Assembly: GCA_041657425.1 (NCBI GenBank)
Contig: JBBABY010000004.1
Span: forward strand, 1-32,000
Direction of reading: 5' to 3'
DNA length: 32,000 nucleotides
Source of the DNA: an archaeon
GTDB lineage: Archaea; Iainarchaeota; Iainarchaeia; Iainarchaeales; CSSED10-239
Part shown: positions 15,825 to 24,179 of the stretch, in pieces
Numbering within the stretch: the first letter of the stretch is position 1
Layout: each line of letters opens with the position of its first letter
Notes under the pieces: generated by a model
Databases searched by the model: none
Seen by the model: only the letters and a program-made list of their open reading frames with translations
What the model was told of the DNA's origin: nothing
Position numbers and translations under genes: made by a program

Positions 15825-18800
15825 TTACTGAGGTGGTATTTGCTGTAAATATGGATAACCGTTATTTATACTTGGATTAAATGCCCAAATAGTTGTAAAA
15901 TTCCACCCACTATTAGATGGAAATTGTGATGAATTTTTTAATGCTTCTGTAGTTACTCCTGCCGCTCCACTTGGACTACTTGTTTGTAAAGATGCAGTTC
16001 TATCCCAAACATTTCTGGAACCAGAAACTGATGTTCCTGAAAATCCTTTATCAACTGGACTATTGCCGCCATTATAAATTACTCTACCAATTGAATAACT
16101 ATTATAATTCGTTGATTGACTTAAATCAGGATAACCATAACCAATAAAACCTCCAAGAGTAATTTCACTTCCACTTTTACGAGTAACATCTCCAAGAGAA
16201 TAACAGTTTCCTATAGTTGCTAAACGATTACTTCCCACAAACCCACCAACAAAACTATTCCCAATAACATCCCCTGTAGAATAACAAGAATAAATACCAT
16301 CAGTCGCTGTAGAAAAATCATACTCTCCAATAAATCCCCCTACATTGCTAGATCCAGAAACCATACACTCAGAATAACTTAAAGAAATAAGGCCACCTTC
16401 AGAATAACCAATTAAACCACCTACGCCTTGTGCTATTGAACTAACATTTCCAGTAGAATGACTTTTAGAAATTTTTACACCAGAGCCACGCCCTATTAAA
16501 CCACCTACATTATCACTATTAATATTACCAGAAACATTGCCATCAAAAATACAATTAGAAATATTTCCAAACTCACTTTCTCCAACTAAACCTCCTCCCC
16601 TAACCCCTGTTACAAAAACAACACCTGTAGAATTAATATCTGAGATTGTGCCACCATAATTATAACCTACTAAACCACCTACATAAGAACTGCCTGTAGC
16701 ATTAATGTCTTCTAAAGTCAAATTTTTTATTTTTGAATTAGTGCCAATTATTCCAAATAATCCAACATAACTTGGAGTTCTATTAATATATAAATTTTTT
16801 ATTGTGTGACCATTTCCATCAAAAGTTCCATTAAATGAATTTCCAAAGGCACCTATTGGTAACCATCCATTTCCAATGTTATATGGACTTACACCTAAAT
16901 CTATATCTGCACCAAGTATATAAGATTTATTTAAATCATTTCTTACATTATTTAAGTCAGTAGCTGTTAAAATAATTATTGGTGGTGGAAGTATATATTC
17001 GAAAGTTAATATTCTACTATCAAATCCTTCTTTACATCCTATTGCTTTTATTATTGTTGTTCCTATACTTATTGCTATTGGAGAGGAATAGGATGTTCCC
17101 GAATCACAAACAGGATTACTACCATTTATAGTATAATAAATTACTCCATCCTCTGAAGAAGATAAAGTTATACTTAAAGATGATACATTATAAGTTCCTG
17201 GTAAAGGATTAGAAGTGACAGACACTGTTGGTTGTGGTGGTATTTGCTTTAAATAAGGATAACCGTTATTTATACTTGGATTGATTGCCCAAATAGTTGT
17301 AAAATTCCATCCTAAATTCTGAAAGGAATCTATATTTTGCATAGCTTCATTTGAGAGTCCTGTTGCTACACTTGGGCTTGTTGATTGTAAAGAAGTGTCA
17401 ATATTCCAAAAATTCATTCCAGAAGAAATAACTGTAGTTCCTGAAAATCCTCTATTAATTGGTTTTCCAGAATCACTTTCATAAATTACTTTTCCTGTTG
17501 AATAACAGTTATTAATCTCTGCATCTATTGAACTTTGTCCAATAAATCCTCCAAAATGTTCATTACTTATTGATGCTAATTGACGTGTCACATTTCCTGT
17601 CGAATAACTATTCTTTATTTCTTTTACTAAACAACCAAAAGAAGCATCAACATATATACCAACTAAACCACCCACTTCAAAACGACCAGAAACATTTCCA
17701 GTAGAATAACTACTGTCTATGGTTGCCGCACAATGATTAAAACCTACTAATCCCCCGACATAAGTGGAACCAATAACTTCAGTTTTAGAATAACTATTGC
17801 TAATTAGTCCTACATTTACACCAACTAAACCACCCATATCCTCTCCTGAAAAATACTGAGCATTTATTTGATTTCCAGAAACATTTCCTATAGAATTACT
17901 CTTAGAAATTGTTCCATAATTAATACCAACTAAACCACCAACCTCTAAGTCCCCGAAAACATTTCCATTAAAATTACTTAAAGAAATGGACCCTTCAATT
18001 AAATTCCCAATTAAACCACCTACATAATTTTTTCCATTAACCTCTCCTGTCGAATAACTTGAAGAAATTATTCCATTATTATTCCTACCAATTAAACTTC
18101 CTACACTATCGTTTCCAATAATATTTACATTTTCTAATTTTACATTACTTATAATAGCCCCATCATCTATATATCCAAATAATCCAACATAATTTGCAAT
18201 TGGTCTATTAATATATAAATTACTTATTGTATGGCCATTACCATCAAAAGATCCTGTAAATGGATGATTATCTACACCTATTGGTTCCCAGCCAAGCCCC
18301 GAATTATAAAGAGTTACATCTAAATCTATATCTTGCCCTAAAAGATAATATAAACTAGGAGCATCTCTTATATTAAAAAGCTCTTTTGGAGTACAAATTA
18401 CAAATGGACTTGCTGCTGTGCCTAAACCTCCACTTTGGCACGCAATAATTATATAATTAAAAGTTGCAGTAGTACTTGCAGTCCATCCTGCCAAGAATGC
18501 TTTTGCTTTTAAGGTTTTTGTTGAATTTATTTGTATTGGAGTGGTATATTGAGTACTAGTTTCAATCGGTTCTGTTCCATCAAGAGTATATCTGATTGTT
18601 GCACCAGTTGTTACTGTATTTAAAGTTACTGATTGAGCAAAAAGATGTGTGCCGGATACTGGAATTGCAGTTGGAGTTGCAACAATCTCTGGTGCTTCTG
18701 GTGTATAAATAAAAGTTGCTACAGAACTATTGGTCATTCCTGTCTTTATTGCTATTGCTTTTATTGTTGGGTAAGAAGCTATATTTATTGAACCATTATA

Positions 18801-19181
18801 AACAAAAGTATTACTATTCAATGGTACCGGATCTATTCCATTTGTTGTGTAATAAATTGTAGCACCAGAAGTTGCAGAGGTTAATGTGATTTGAGTTTCT
18901 GAAGTAACATTCTGAGGCAAAGGATAAGCAACAGGAGTTGCAACTACTGTGGGTGTTGGAGGAGTTGTGCCAGAATTTGGGGAACAGCCACTACTTGTTG
19001 GGTCTACAAAACAATCTACTAAATTATCTTTAGCATCTGTTGTATTTTTTGAATTTGTTATATTTGAATTTAAATGACTAACATAATAAGTACCAAAAAT
19101 TATTGTTCCAATTATTAATACTGAAAGTATAATTAATATCTCTATTGAAACTTGCCCTTTGTTCTTTTTATTTTTAAACAT
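15825..19181 (-). CDS. Giant class III signal peptide protein: pilin-like N-terminus fused to duplicated Chb/Hex-C-like + GLUG-repeat beta-helix adhesin modules
   Basis: 1118 aa. The N-terminus is MFKNKKNKGQVSIEILIILSVLIIGTIIFGTYY. Three domains resemble chitobiase/hexosaminidase C-terminal domains (TLTSATSGATIYYTTNGIDP; TLNTVTTGATIRYTLDGTEP; ITLSSSEDGVIYYTINGSNP). There are two GLUG-type modules, each with about eight (V/F)GG(L/F)(V/I)G turns by my count. Each module ends in GWNFTTIWA(I/F)NPSINNGYPYL(K/Q)QIPPQ. Confidence 0.7.
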   Translation of the reverse strand: MFKNKKNKGQVSIEILIILSVLIIGTIIFGTYYVSHLNSNITNSKNTTDAKDNLVDCFVDPTSSGCSPNSGTTPPTPTVVATPVAYPLPQNVTSETQITLTSATSGATIYYTTNGIDPVPLNSNTFVYNGSINIASYPTIKAIAIKTGMTNSSVATFIYTPEAPEIVATPTAIPVSGTHLFAQSVTLNTVTTGATIRYTLDGTEPIETSTQYTTPIQINSTKTLKAKAFLAGWTASTTATFNYIIIACQSGGLGTAASPFVICTPKELFNIRDAPSLYYLLGQDIDLDVTLYNSGLGWEPIGVDNHPFTGSFDGNGHTISNLYINRPIANYVGLFGYIDDGAIISNVKLENVNIIGNDSVGSLIGRNNNGIISSSYSTGEVNGKNYVGGLIGNLIEGSISLSNFNGNVFGDLEVGGLVGINYGTISKSNSIGNVSGNQINAQYFSGEDMGGLVGVNVGLISNSYSKTEVIGSTYVGGLVGFNHCAATIDSSYSTGNVSGRFEVGGLVGIYVDASFGCLVKEIKNSYSTGNVTRQLASISNEHFGGFIGQSSIDAEINNCYSTGKVIYESDSGKPINRGFSGTTVISSGMNFWNIDTSLQSTSPSVATGLSNEAMQNIDSFQNLGWNFTTIWAINPSINNGYPYLKQIPPQPTVSVTSNPLPGTYNVSSLSITLSSSEDGVIYYTINGSNPVCDSGTSYSSPIAISIGTTIIKAIGCKEGFDSRILTFEYILPPPIIILTATDLNNVRNDLNKSYILGADIDLGVSPYNIGNGWLPIGAFGNSFNGTFDGNGHTIKNLYINRTPSYVGLFGIIGTNSKIKNLTLEDINATGSSYVGGLVGYNYGGTISDINSTGVVFVTGVRGGGLVGESEFGNISNCIFDGNVSGNINSDNVGGLIGRGSGVKISKSHSTGNVSSIAQGVGGLIGYSEGGLISLSYSECMVSGSSNVGGFIGEYDFSTATDGIYSCYSTGDVIGNSFVGGFVGSNRLATIGNCYSLGDVTRKSGSEITLGGFIGYGYPDLSQSTNYNSYSIGRVIYNGGNSPVDKGFSGTSVSGSRNVWDRTASLQTSSPSGAAGVTTEALKNSSQFPSNSGWNFTTIWAFNPSINNGYPYLQQIPPQ
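15832..15905 (-). repeat. Intragenic direct DNA repeat, copy 1 (C-terminal module end)
   Basis: This 74-nt stretch, ggtggtatttgctgtaaatatggataaccgttatttatacttggattaaatgcccaaatagttgtaaaattcca, matches 17236-17309 at 70/74 positions. The two copies are offset by 1404 nt (468 codons, in frame). Confidence 0.85.
17236..17309 (-). repeat. Intragenic direct DNA repeat, copy 2 (end of first GLUG module)
   Basis: See 15832-15905. It encodes the ..GWNFTTIWAINPSINNGYPYLKQIPPQ boundary. Confidence 0.85.
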
Positions 19182-19304
19182 AATCTTACACCAATATGTA
19201 TTTATATAATTTATTTAATAAATAATATTACCAATACATATATAAATATAATGAATGAAAATATAATAGACAGATAAATTAAAATAAAAATGTGATTACA
19301 AAAA

Positions 19305-20015
19305 ATGAAGCGAGTACCAACTGGTGTAACTGGTTTTGATGAATTAATACAGGGAGGAATTCCTGAAGGGGCAACTATCTTAACTTCTGGTGGTTGTGGT
19401 TCTGGAAAAACTATCTTTGCAACTACTTTTGTTTATGAAGGTGCAAGAAAATATGGAGATCCTGGCCTTTATGTTACTGTTGAAGACAATCTTAAAAACA
19501 TTGTTTGGAATATGGAAAACTTTGGATGGGACATTAAAGCATTAGAACAAAAGAACTTAATGAAAATTTATAGAATGCATATTGATCCAAGAAAAGACGT
19601 TGAAGCACAAATTGATAAAGAACTAGATATTGTTTCTTCTATGGTTAAAGATATTGGAGCAACTAGACTTACAATTGATTCCACTACTGCTTTTGGTGGT
19701 TGGATAAGTGATGCTGGAAAATTAAGAAACTTATTATTTAGATTTGGAGATTATTTAAAAGATCTTAACTGTACAACAATGATGACTGCAGAAACTAATG
19801 GTGGACCAAGAGACTTTTCTGCTTTTGGTGTTGAAGAATTTGTTGTTGATGGAGTATTTGCAATGTATTTTATTCCTCCACACAGATCAATATTTGTTAG
19901 AAAACTTAGAGGAACTAAGCATTCTCCAGCAGTACACCCTTGTGAGATTACTCCTTCTGGATTAGTAGTTAACCCAAGAGATGAAATCATGTGGAGTGCA
20001 ATTAAGCAATACTAG
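19305..20015 (+). CDS. Single-domain KaiC/RadA-superfamily ATPase (ArlH/FlaH-like size and layout)
   Basis: 236 aa. It contains RVPTGVTGFDELIQGGIPEGATILTSGGCGSGKTIFATTF (Walker A GxxGSGKT) and a Walker B-like RLTIDS. It is divergently transcribed from the pilin genes across a 123-nt AT-rich spacer. Confidence 0.7.
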   Translation: MKRVPTGVTGFDELIQGGIPEGATILTSGGCGSGKTIFATTFVYEGARKYGDPGLYVTVEDNLKNIVWNMENFGWDIKALEQKNLMKIYRMHIDPRKDVEAQIDKELDIVSSMVKDIGATRLTIDSTTAFGGWISDAGKLRNLLFRFGDYLKDLNCTTMMTAETNGGPRDFSAFGVEEFVVDGVFAMYFIPPHRSIFVRKLRGTKHSPAVHPCEITPSGLVVNPRDEIMWSAIKQY

Positions 20016-20037
20016 AGCCCCTTTAGAAAAGTGGTTT

Positions 20038-20093
20038 CCCAAGAAAAACACGGTTTTTCTGGGCACAGAAAAATCTACGGATTTTTCTTGTGC
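20038..20093. terminator. Two tandem, mutually similar hairpins between convergent genes (candidate bidirectional terminator or small structured RNA)
   Basis: Hairpin 1 is cccaAGAAAAAc-acg-gTTTTTCTggg (20038-20063, one bulge). Hairpin 2 is gcacAGAAAAAtc-tacg-gaTTTTTCTtgtgc (20063-20093, 13 bp, one bulge, UACG loop). Each arm holds an A5/T5 run, so T-tracts occur on both strands. A T-rich tract follows at 20116-20130. Confidence 0.4.
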
Positions 20094-20128
20094 AGTCCCA
20101 AAACTATGGGCTATTGCTTTTTCTTTTT

Positions 20129-21871
20129 TTATTTATTTTGCATTACAAATAGTTTTTCTAATTCTTGTTGAGTTGTTGTGTTTTCTGGACTTTTGTCTGT
20201 TCTGATTGTTACCAAACGAGGAAATCTTAAAGCTAAACCTTGATTGGTGTCTGGATCAAAACTTGCGGTGTGGATTGGACTTTTTGTTATTTCATCATAG
20301 TTGATTTCTATTACTATCTCTGGCTTGGTGTAAAAATCTGGCTCAATATTACTTACAAGGTTGTTTGGCTTGTGGGATAATCTTGAAGCTTCTAATTTCT
20401 CTGAAAGTTCCACTAGAGTGACATCAGTTAATCCTGTGCCAATCTTAGCAAGAGTGAAATATCTGTCTTCTTCCTTATCATAGAGAGCAACTAAAAGAGC
20501 GCCAATACCTTTTTCTGTTCTTTTTCCTTGGCCAGAGAACGCTCCAACGATTACTGCATCAATAGTGTCAAGTGTTTCATTTCCTTTGTAAGACTTCTTG
20601 AACTTTATCCAAGCATAACCACGAGAACCTGCTTTATAACTTGATTCTAAGTCTTTCGCAATTATCCCTTCAAAGCCTTTCTCTAGTGCTTTATTGAAGA
20701 AATCTTCTAGTTCTTCAAGACTATTTGTAATTAAGATTTTTGTTGGAGTTACAAGTGGAGAGTGTGTAAAATATTTTTCTACTAACTTTCTTCTTTCACT
20801 GAAAGGAAGATAACTAACATCTTTACCATCTAAGTAAAGGCAATCAAAAACTTTTAGATGAAGAGGAAGTTCCTTTGACTTCTCGCCAATATCGTATTTT
20901 CTTTTTCTTGTTATTGTTATTTGAAAGGTATGATATTTTTGGTTTTCTGTATCATATGCAATTGATTCACAATCGATTATGAAGTCGTGATTGATTTTCT
21001 TTACGGCCTCGACGATGTCAGGAAACATCTTTGTGATATCTTCTTCTTGACGAGAGAAGATTTTTACGTCTGCTCCAAGCTTGTGAATCTGTTGACGAAA
21101 ACCATCAATCTTTGTGTCCACAGCAAATACTTTTAGTCTTTCTTGAATATCTTTTAAACTCTCTGCTCTTTCACAAAGTTGAGACTTGATTGGAGTAAAG
21201 GGAGTAATCTTTATTTTCTCTACTTCTTCTATTCCTTTTTCTTTTATTAACTTTGCAATAATTCCAAGATCAGAAATTATTTGGTATCTGTCTGTGATTA
21301 TTTCTTTTGCGGATTTTTGTTCTTCTGGGGTTTTTGTTGTTTGCCCTGCAAGAGCATCAATGATTGTAGAGTCTGCAAAACCAAGTCTAAACGAAATTGG
21401 AAACCTTACTATGTATTTTGCAGATGTTGGATTTGAATTAAAAAGAATGTATTTGAATAGTTGTTGTTTCTTTTCTGTTGAACCAGTTCCTGTGGTTTCT
21501 GAAATCTTTTGAAATGTTAAAAACACTTCTTTGAAAGTTATTGATTTTGTAAAAAGAGTAGATTGTGTTCTTTTGCTATTGTGCTTTTCAATAACAAGAC
21601 CAATATCCCCTAAAGAATAAAACTCTTTTTTAATTTCTTCTTCAGGGATTGAAAGGTATTCTGATAACAATGAGATTAATATTGATTGCCCAATATTCAT
21701 TTCTTTTGTTTTAAACTTTGGGCCTAATGTTCCTTGACAGAAATAAATTAGATTTTGAATGTCTTCTTTTGTAGTCTCTTGAAAGAGTTGCTTTAAGATT
21801 TCAGTCATCTCTAAGCGACTAGATGTTTTATTTAGTTTTTCAAAATATTCTGAAACAACATCAAAGTTCAC
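20129..21871 (-). CDS. lig: ATP-dependent DNA ligase (Lig1/archaeal type)
   Basis: 580 aa. Motif I is AVDTKIDGFRQQIH (KxDG), motif III is FIIDCESIAY, motif IV is EGIIAKD and motif V is WIKFKKSY. The start is GTG, preceded by GGTGA 8 nt upstream, inside the 3' end of proS. Confidence 0.9.
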   Translation of the reverse strand: MNFDVVSEYFEKLNKTSSRLEMTEILKQLFQETTKEDIQNLIYFCQGTLGPKFKTKEMNIGQSILISLLSEYLSIPEEEIKKEFYSLGDIGLVIEKHNSKRTQSTLFTKSITFKEVFLTFQKISETTGTGSTEKKQQLFKYILFNSNPTSAKYIVRFPISFRLGFADSTIIDALAGQTTKTPEEQKSAKEIITDRYQIISDLGIIAKLIKEKGIEEVEKIKITPFTPIKSQLCERAESLKDIQERLKVFAVDTKIDGFRQQIHKLGADVKIFSRQEEDITKMFPDIVEAVKKINHDFIIDCESIAYDTENQKYHTFQITITRKRKYDIGEKSKELPLHLKVFDCLYLDGKDVSYLPFSERRKLVEKYFTHSPLVTPTKILITNSLEELEDFFNKALEKGFEGIIAKDLESSYKAGSRGYAWIKFKKSYKGNETLDTIDAVIVGAFSGQGKRTEKGIGALLVALYDKEEDRYFTLAKIGTGLTDVTLVELSEKLEASRLSHKPNNLVSNIEPDFYTKPEIVIEINYDEITKSPIHTASFDPDTNQGLALRFPRLVTIRTDKSPENTTTQQELEKLFVMQNK

Positions 21872-21888
21872 TTAAATATTCACCAATT

Positions 21889-23352
21889 TTAATAACCCTT
21901 TGCAATATAAACAAACTCTTTTGCTTTGTTGCCACAGATTGGACATTGCTCGTGGTTCTCTGGAACTTCTTTAATATCCATTCTTATTCCTTTAATTTCT
22001 GCACCATCTGTAAATGCTTTAAGCTCTTCAAAACAAGCTTTACCGTCTGGGTCAATTGAACAAAATGGAATTCTTACAAACTTCCCTTCATCTATTAATC
22101 TTTTTATTTCTTCTTTGTTTTCAGCATTACCAAGTTTATTTTCAAACTCTTTGTCTGCTTGTTCTCTTAAATTATCTGTAAATTCTTCTGCAATCTTTCC
22201 AACGGTTTCAAAAAGATCAGCAAAAAATACATTTTCTTTAATATTTAAATCTCTTCTAAATAAAGTAACTTGTCCGTTTTCAACATCTCTTGGGCCAATC
22301 TCTATTCTTAATGGAACTCCTTTCATTTCATAGAATGAAAATCTCTCCTTTGGTTTCTTTTCTTTATTGTCGTCTATCTTTACTCTATATCCTAACTTAT
22401 CAAGATCAACAGCAAAGTCTAAACAGATTTTTTCTAATTGATCAGTGTCTTGACCAGAGAAATATAATGGACAAATGATTATTTGTATTGGTGCAAGTTC
22501 CATTGGAAGTCTTAAACCATTTTTGTCTCCATGTATTCCTATTAAGTTTCCATAAATTCTTGTTAACCCTGGACCATAACAAGTTCCATATGGTATTTTT
22601 GTTTCTTCATCCTTATCTCTAAACTTTACATTAAATGCTTTTGTAAATTTCTGCCCTAAAAGGTGCGTTGTTGCAAGTTGACTTGCTTTACCATTTGGCA
22701 TTAAAGTATCTGCTGCAAATGTATCTTCTGCTCCTGCAAATTTATCCCATTGCGGTCTTTTAAAAAACATAAATGGAATTCCTAATTCTAAATGTAATAT
22801 TTCTTCTGTTATTTCCATATCTTGGAGTACTTGATTATAAGCATCTTCTGCAGTTTCAAAAATATTGTGTGTTTCAAACCAATAAAATTCTCTTCCTCTA
22901 AAGAAAGGTTTTGTTTGTTTTGTATCGTATCTAAAGATGTTTGCTCTTTGGTATGTTTTGATTGGTAAATCTCTGTAACTTTCTAACCAATATGAAAACA
23001 TGTAATAAAATGCTGTTTCACTTGTTGGTCTTAAAGCATATTTTTGATCAAACTTTTCATCTCCGTGTTCTGTTACCCAAAATACTTCTGGAGTGAAACC
23101 TTCTACGTGCTCTGCTTCTTTGAAAAAATTCTCTTCTGGTATCAACATTGGCATAATTACTTGTTGATGGTTTGTATTATCTAAAGCATCTTCAAATAAT
23201 CTAAACATTTTGTTTAATGTATAAGTTGTCCAGTATCTATAAACCACCATTCCTTTAATGTTATAACGCATATCAGCCAATTCTGCTTTAGCCACGATAT
23301 CGTTAAACCACTCATTAAAATCTTCAATCTTTAAGTCTTCAGTTGATGGCAT
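21889..23352 (-). CDS. proS: Prolyl-tRNA synthetase, archaeal/eukaryote-like type
   Basis: 487 aa. It has LRPTSET, FRGREFYWFETH, and a C-terminal zinc-binding CPICGNKAKEFVYIAKGY ending in Tyr. Confidence 0.92.
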   Translation of the reverse strand: MPSTEDLKIEDFNEWFNDIVAKAELADMRYNIKGMVVYRYWTTYTLNKMFRLFEDALDNTNHQQVIMPMLIPEENFFKEAEHVEGFTPEVFWVTEHGDEKFDQKYALRPTSETAFYYMFSYWLESYRDLPIKTYQRANIFRYDTKQTKPFFRGREFYWFETHNIFETAEDAYNQVLQDMEITEEILHLELGIPFMFFKRPQWDKFAGAEDTFAADTLMPNGKASQLATTHLLGQKFTKAFNVKFRDKDEETKIPYGTCYGPGLTRIYGNLIGIHGDKNGLRLPMELAPIQIIICPLYFSGQDTDQLEKICLDFAVDLDKLGYRVKIDDNKEKKPKERFSFYEMKGVPLRIEIGPRDVENGQVTLFRRDLNIKENVFFADLFETVGKIAEEFTDNLREQADKEFENKLGNAENKEEIKRLIDEGKFVRIPFCSIDPDGKACFEELKAFTDGAEIKGIRMDIKEVPENHEQCPICGNKAKEFVYIAKGY

Positions 23353-23419
23353 ATGTTTTCACATTTATATTTAATCTATTAATATATCTATAAGACAAAT
23401 ATTAAAAAACAAATTGGTT

Positions 23420-24046
23420 TTAGAAAGGGACAGGGTTCTCTATTGCTTCTATAACTTTTGCATCAAATGCAGGCACTAATTTCTTTGTTTTTATATTTCC
23501 TGCTAATGCCTTTCTTAATAGTATTATATTATTTGTTAATTTAATTATTAATTTGATATTTTCAAATAACTGAATATTCTCTTTTCTAAAATCAGTTGCA
23601 ACTTCAACTATCTTATTTAGATACCCTATTCGATTTTTATTAAGTCCCTTGTTTTTGAAAAATAAAATGAGTGAATTAGAAATCTCTTGAGAACATAAAG
23701 AAATATTTAAATTAGATTCTTTTATTTTCTTTAATAATTTTAAACCCATTGATAAACAATCGATTTCTAATTGAATTTTCTGGGATTTTCTATTTAAATA
23801 CTCATTTCTATAATCAAAATTACGAGGTTTACTTTTTTCTAAATCATTAATTCTAGTGTAAATATTTTCTAAATAATTAGAAAGATTATCTTCTGCTTGT
23901 TTGTTTTTTTCTTGTAGAGCCAGTCTTAACTTATTCTTTTTTACTGTTTCTTTTAATTGCTCTGCTTGTATTTTATCCCAAATTTCTAACTGTTCAGAAT
24001 TAGTTTTTATTTTTGGTTTTGTTGGTGTTTTTCGAATAAGAATCAC
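23420..24046 (-). CDS. Hypothetical coiled-coil protein between tRNA-Pro and proS
   Basis: The track ORF (to 24118, TTG start) runs 58 nt into tRNA-Pro. The first start codon outside the tRNA is GTG at 24046-24044 (V25), giving 208 aa. The next ATG is not until codon 124 (23749). The protein is K/E/N-rich and helical, with no recognised motif. Confidence 0.4.
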   Translation of the reverse strand: MILIRKTPTKPKIKTNSEQLEIWDKIQAEQLKETVKKNKLRLALQEKNKQAEDNLSNYLENIYTRINDLEKSKPRNFDYRNEYLNRKSQKIQLEIDCLSMGLKLLKKIKESNLNISLCSQEISNSLILFFKNKGLNKNRIGYLNKIVEVATDFRKENIQLFENIKLIIKLTNNIILLRKALAGNIKTKKLVPAFDAKVIEAIENPVPF

Positions 24047-24060
24047 CGCTTTTAAAAAAA

Positions 24061-24134
24061 TGAGGCTGCCCAGATTTGAACTGGGGTCAAAAGCTCCCAA
24101 AGCTCTTATGATAACCAAGCTACACTACAGCCCC
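24061..24134 (-). tRNA. tRNA-Pro (anticodon TGG)
   Basis: The reverse complement folds as GGGGCTG TA GTGT AGCTTGGTTA TCAT A AGAGC TTTGGGA GCTTT TGAC CCCAG TTCAAAT CTGGG CAGCCTC A. The cloverleaf is good and the discriminator is A73. No CCA is encoded and a T-run follows. Confidence 0.9.
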
Positions 24135-24179
24135 ATAATATATAATATATCATAGATAATATTTATAAAGAATACTTTT

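Noticed and set aside
15832-17309. The 74-nt repeats as boundaries of a mobile element
   Set aside because: Both copies are in frame inside one ORF, offset by exactly 468 codons, and they encode the same domain boundary. This is an intragenic domain duplication.
19751-22478. Track ORFs 19751-19990 (-), 19981-20205 (+), 21186-21512, 21823-22059, 21926-22333 and 22290-22478 (+)
   Set aside because: These are antisense to, or overlap, the KaiC-like gene, lig and proS. ORF 19981-20205 merely reads through the hairpin region into the ligase 3' end.
24047-24118. N-terminal 24 codons of track ORF 23420-24118 (TTG start)
   Set aside because: This segment overlaps the 3' part of tRNA-Pro (24061-24134), and the peptide MVIIRALGAFDPSSNLGSLIF is just the tRNA read as protein. 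I trimmed the ORF to GTG 24046.
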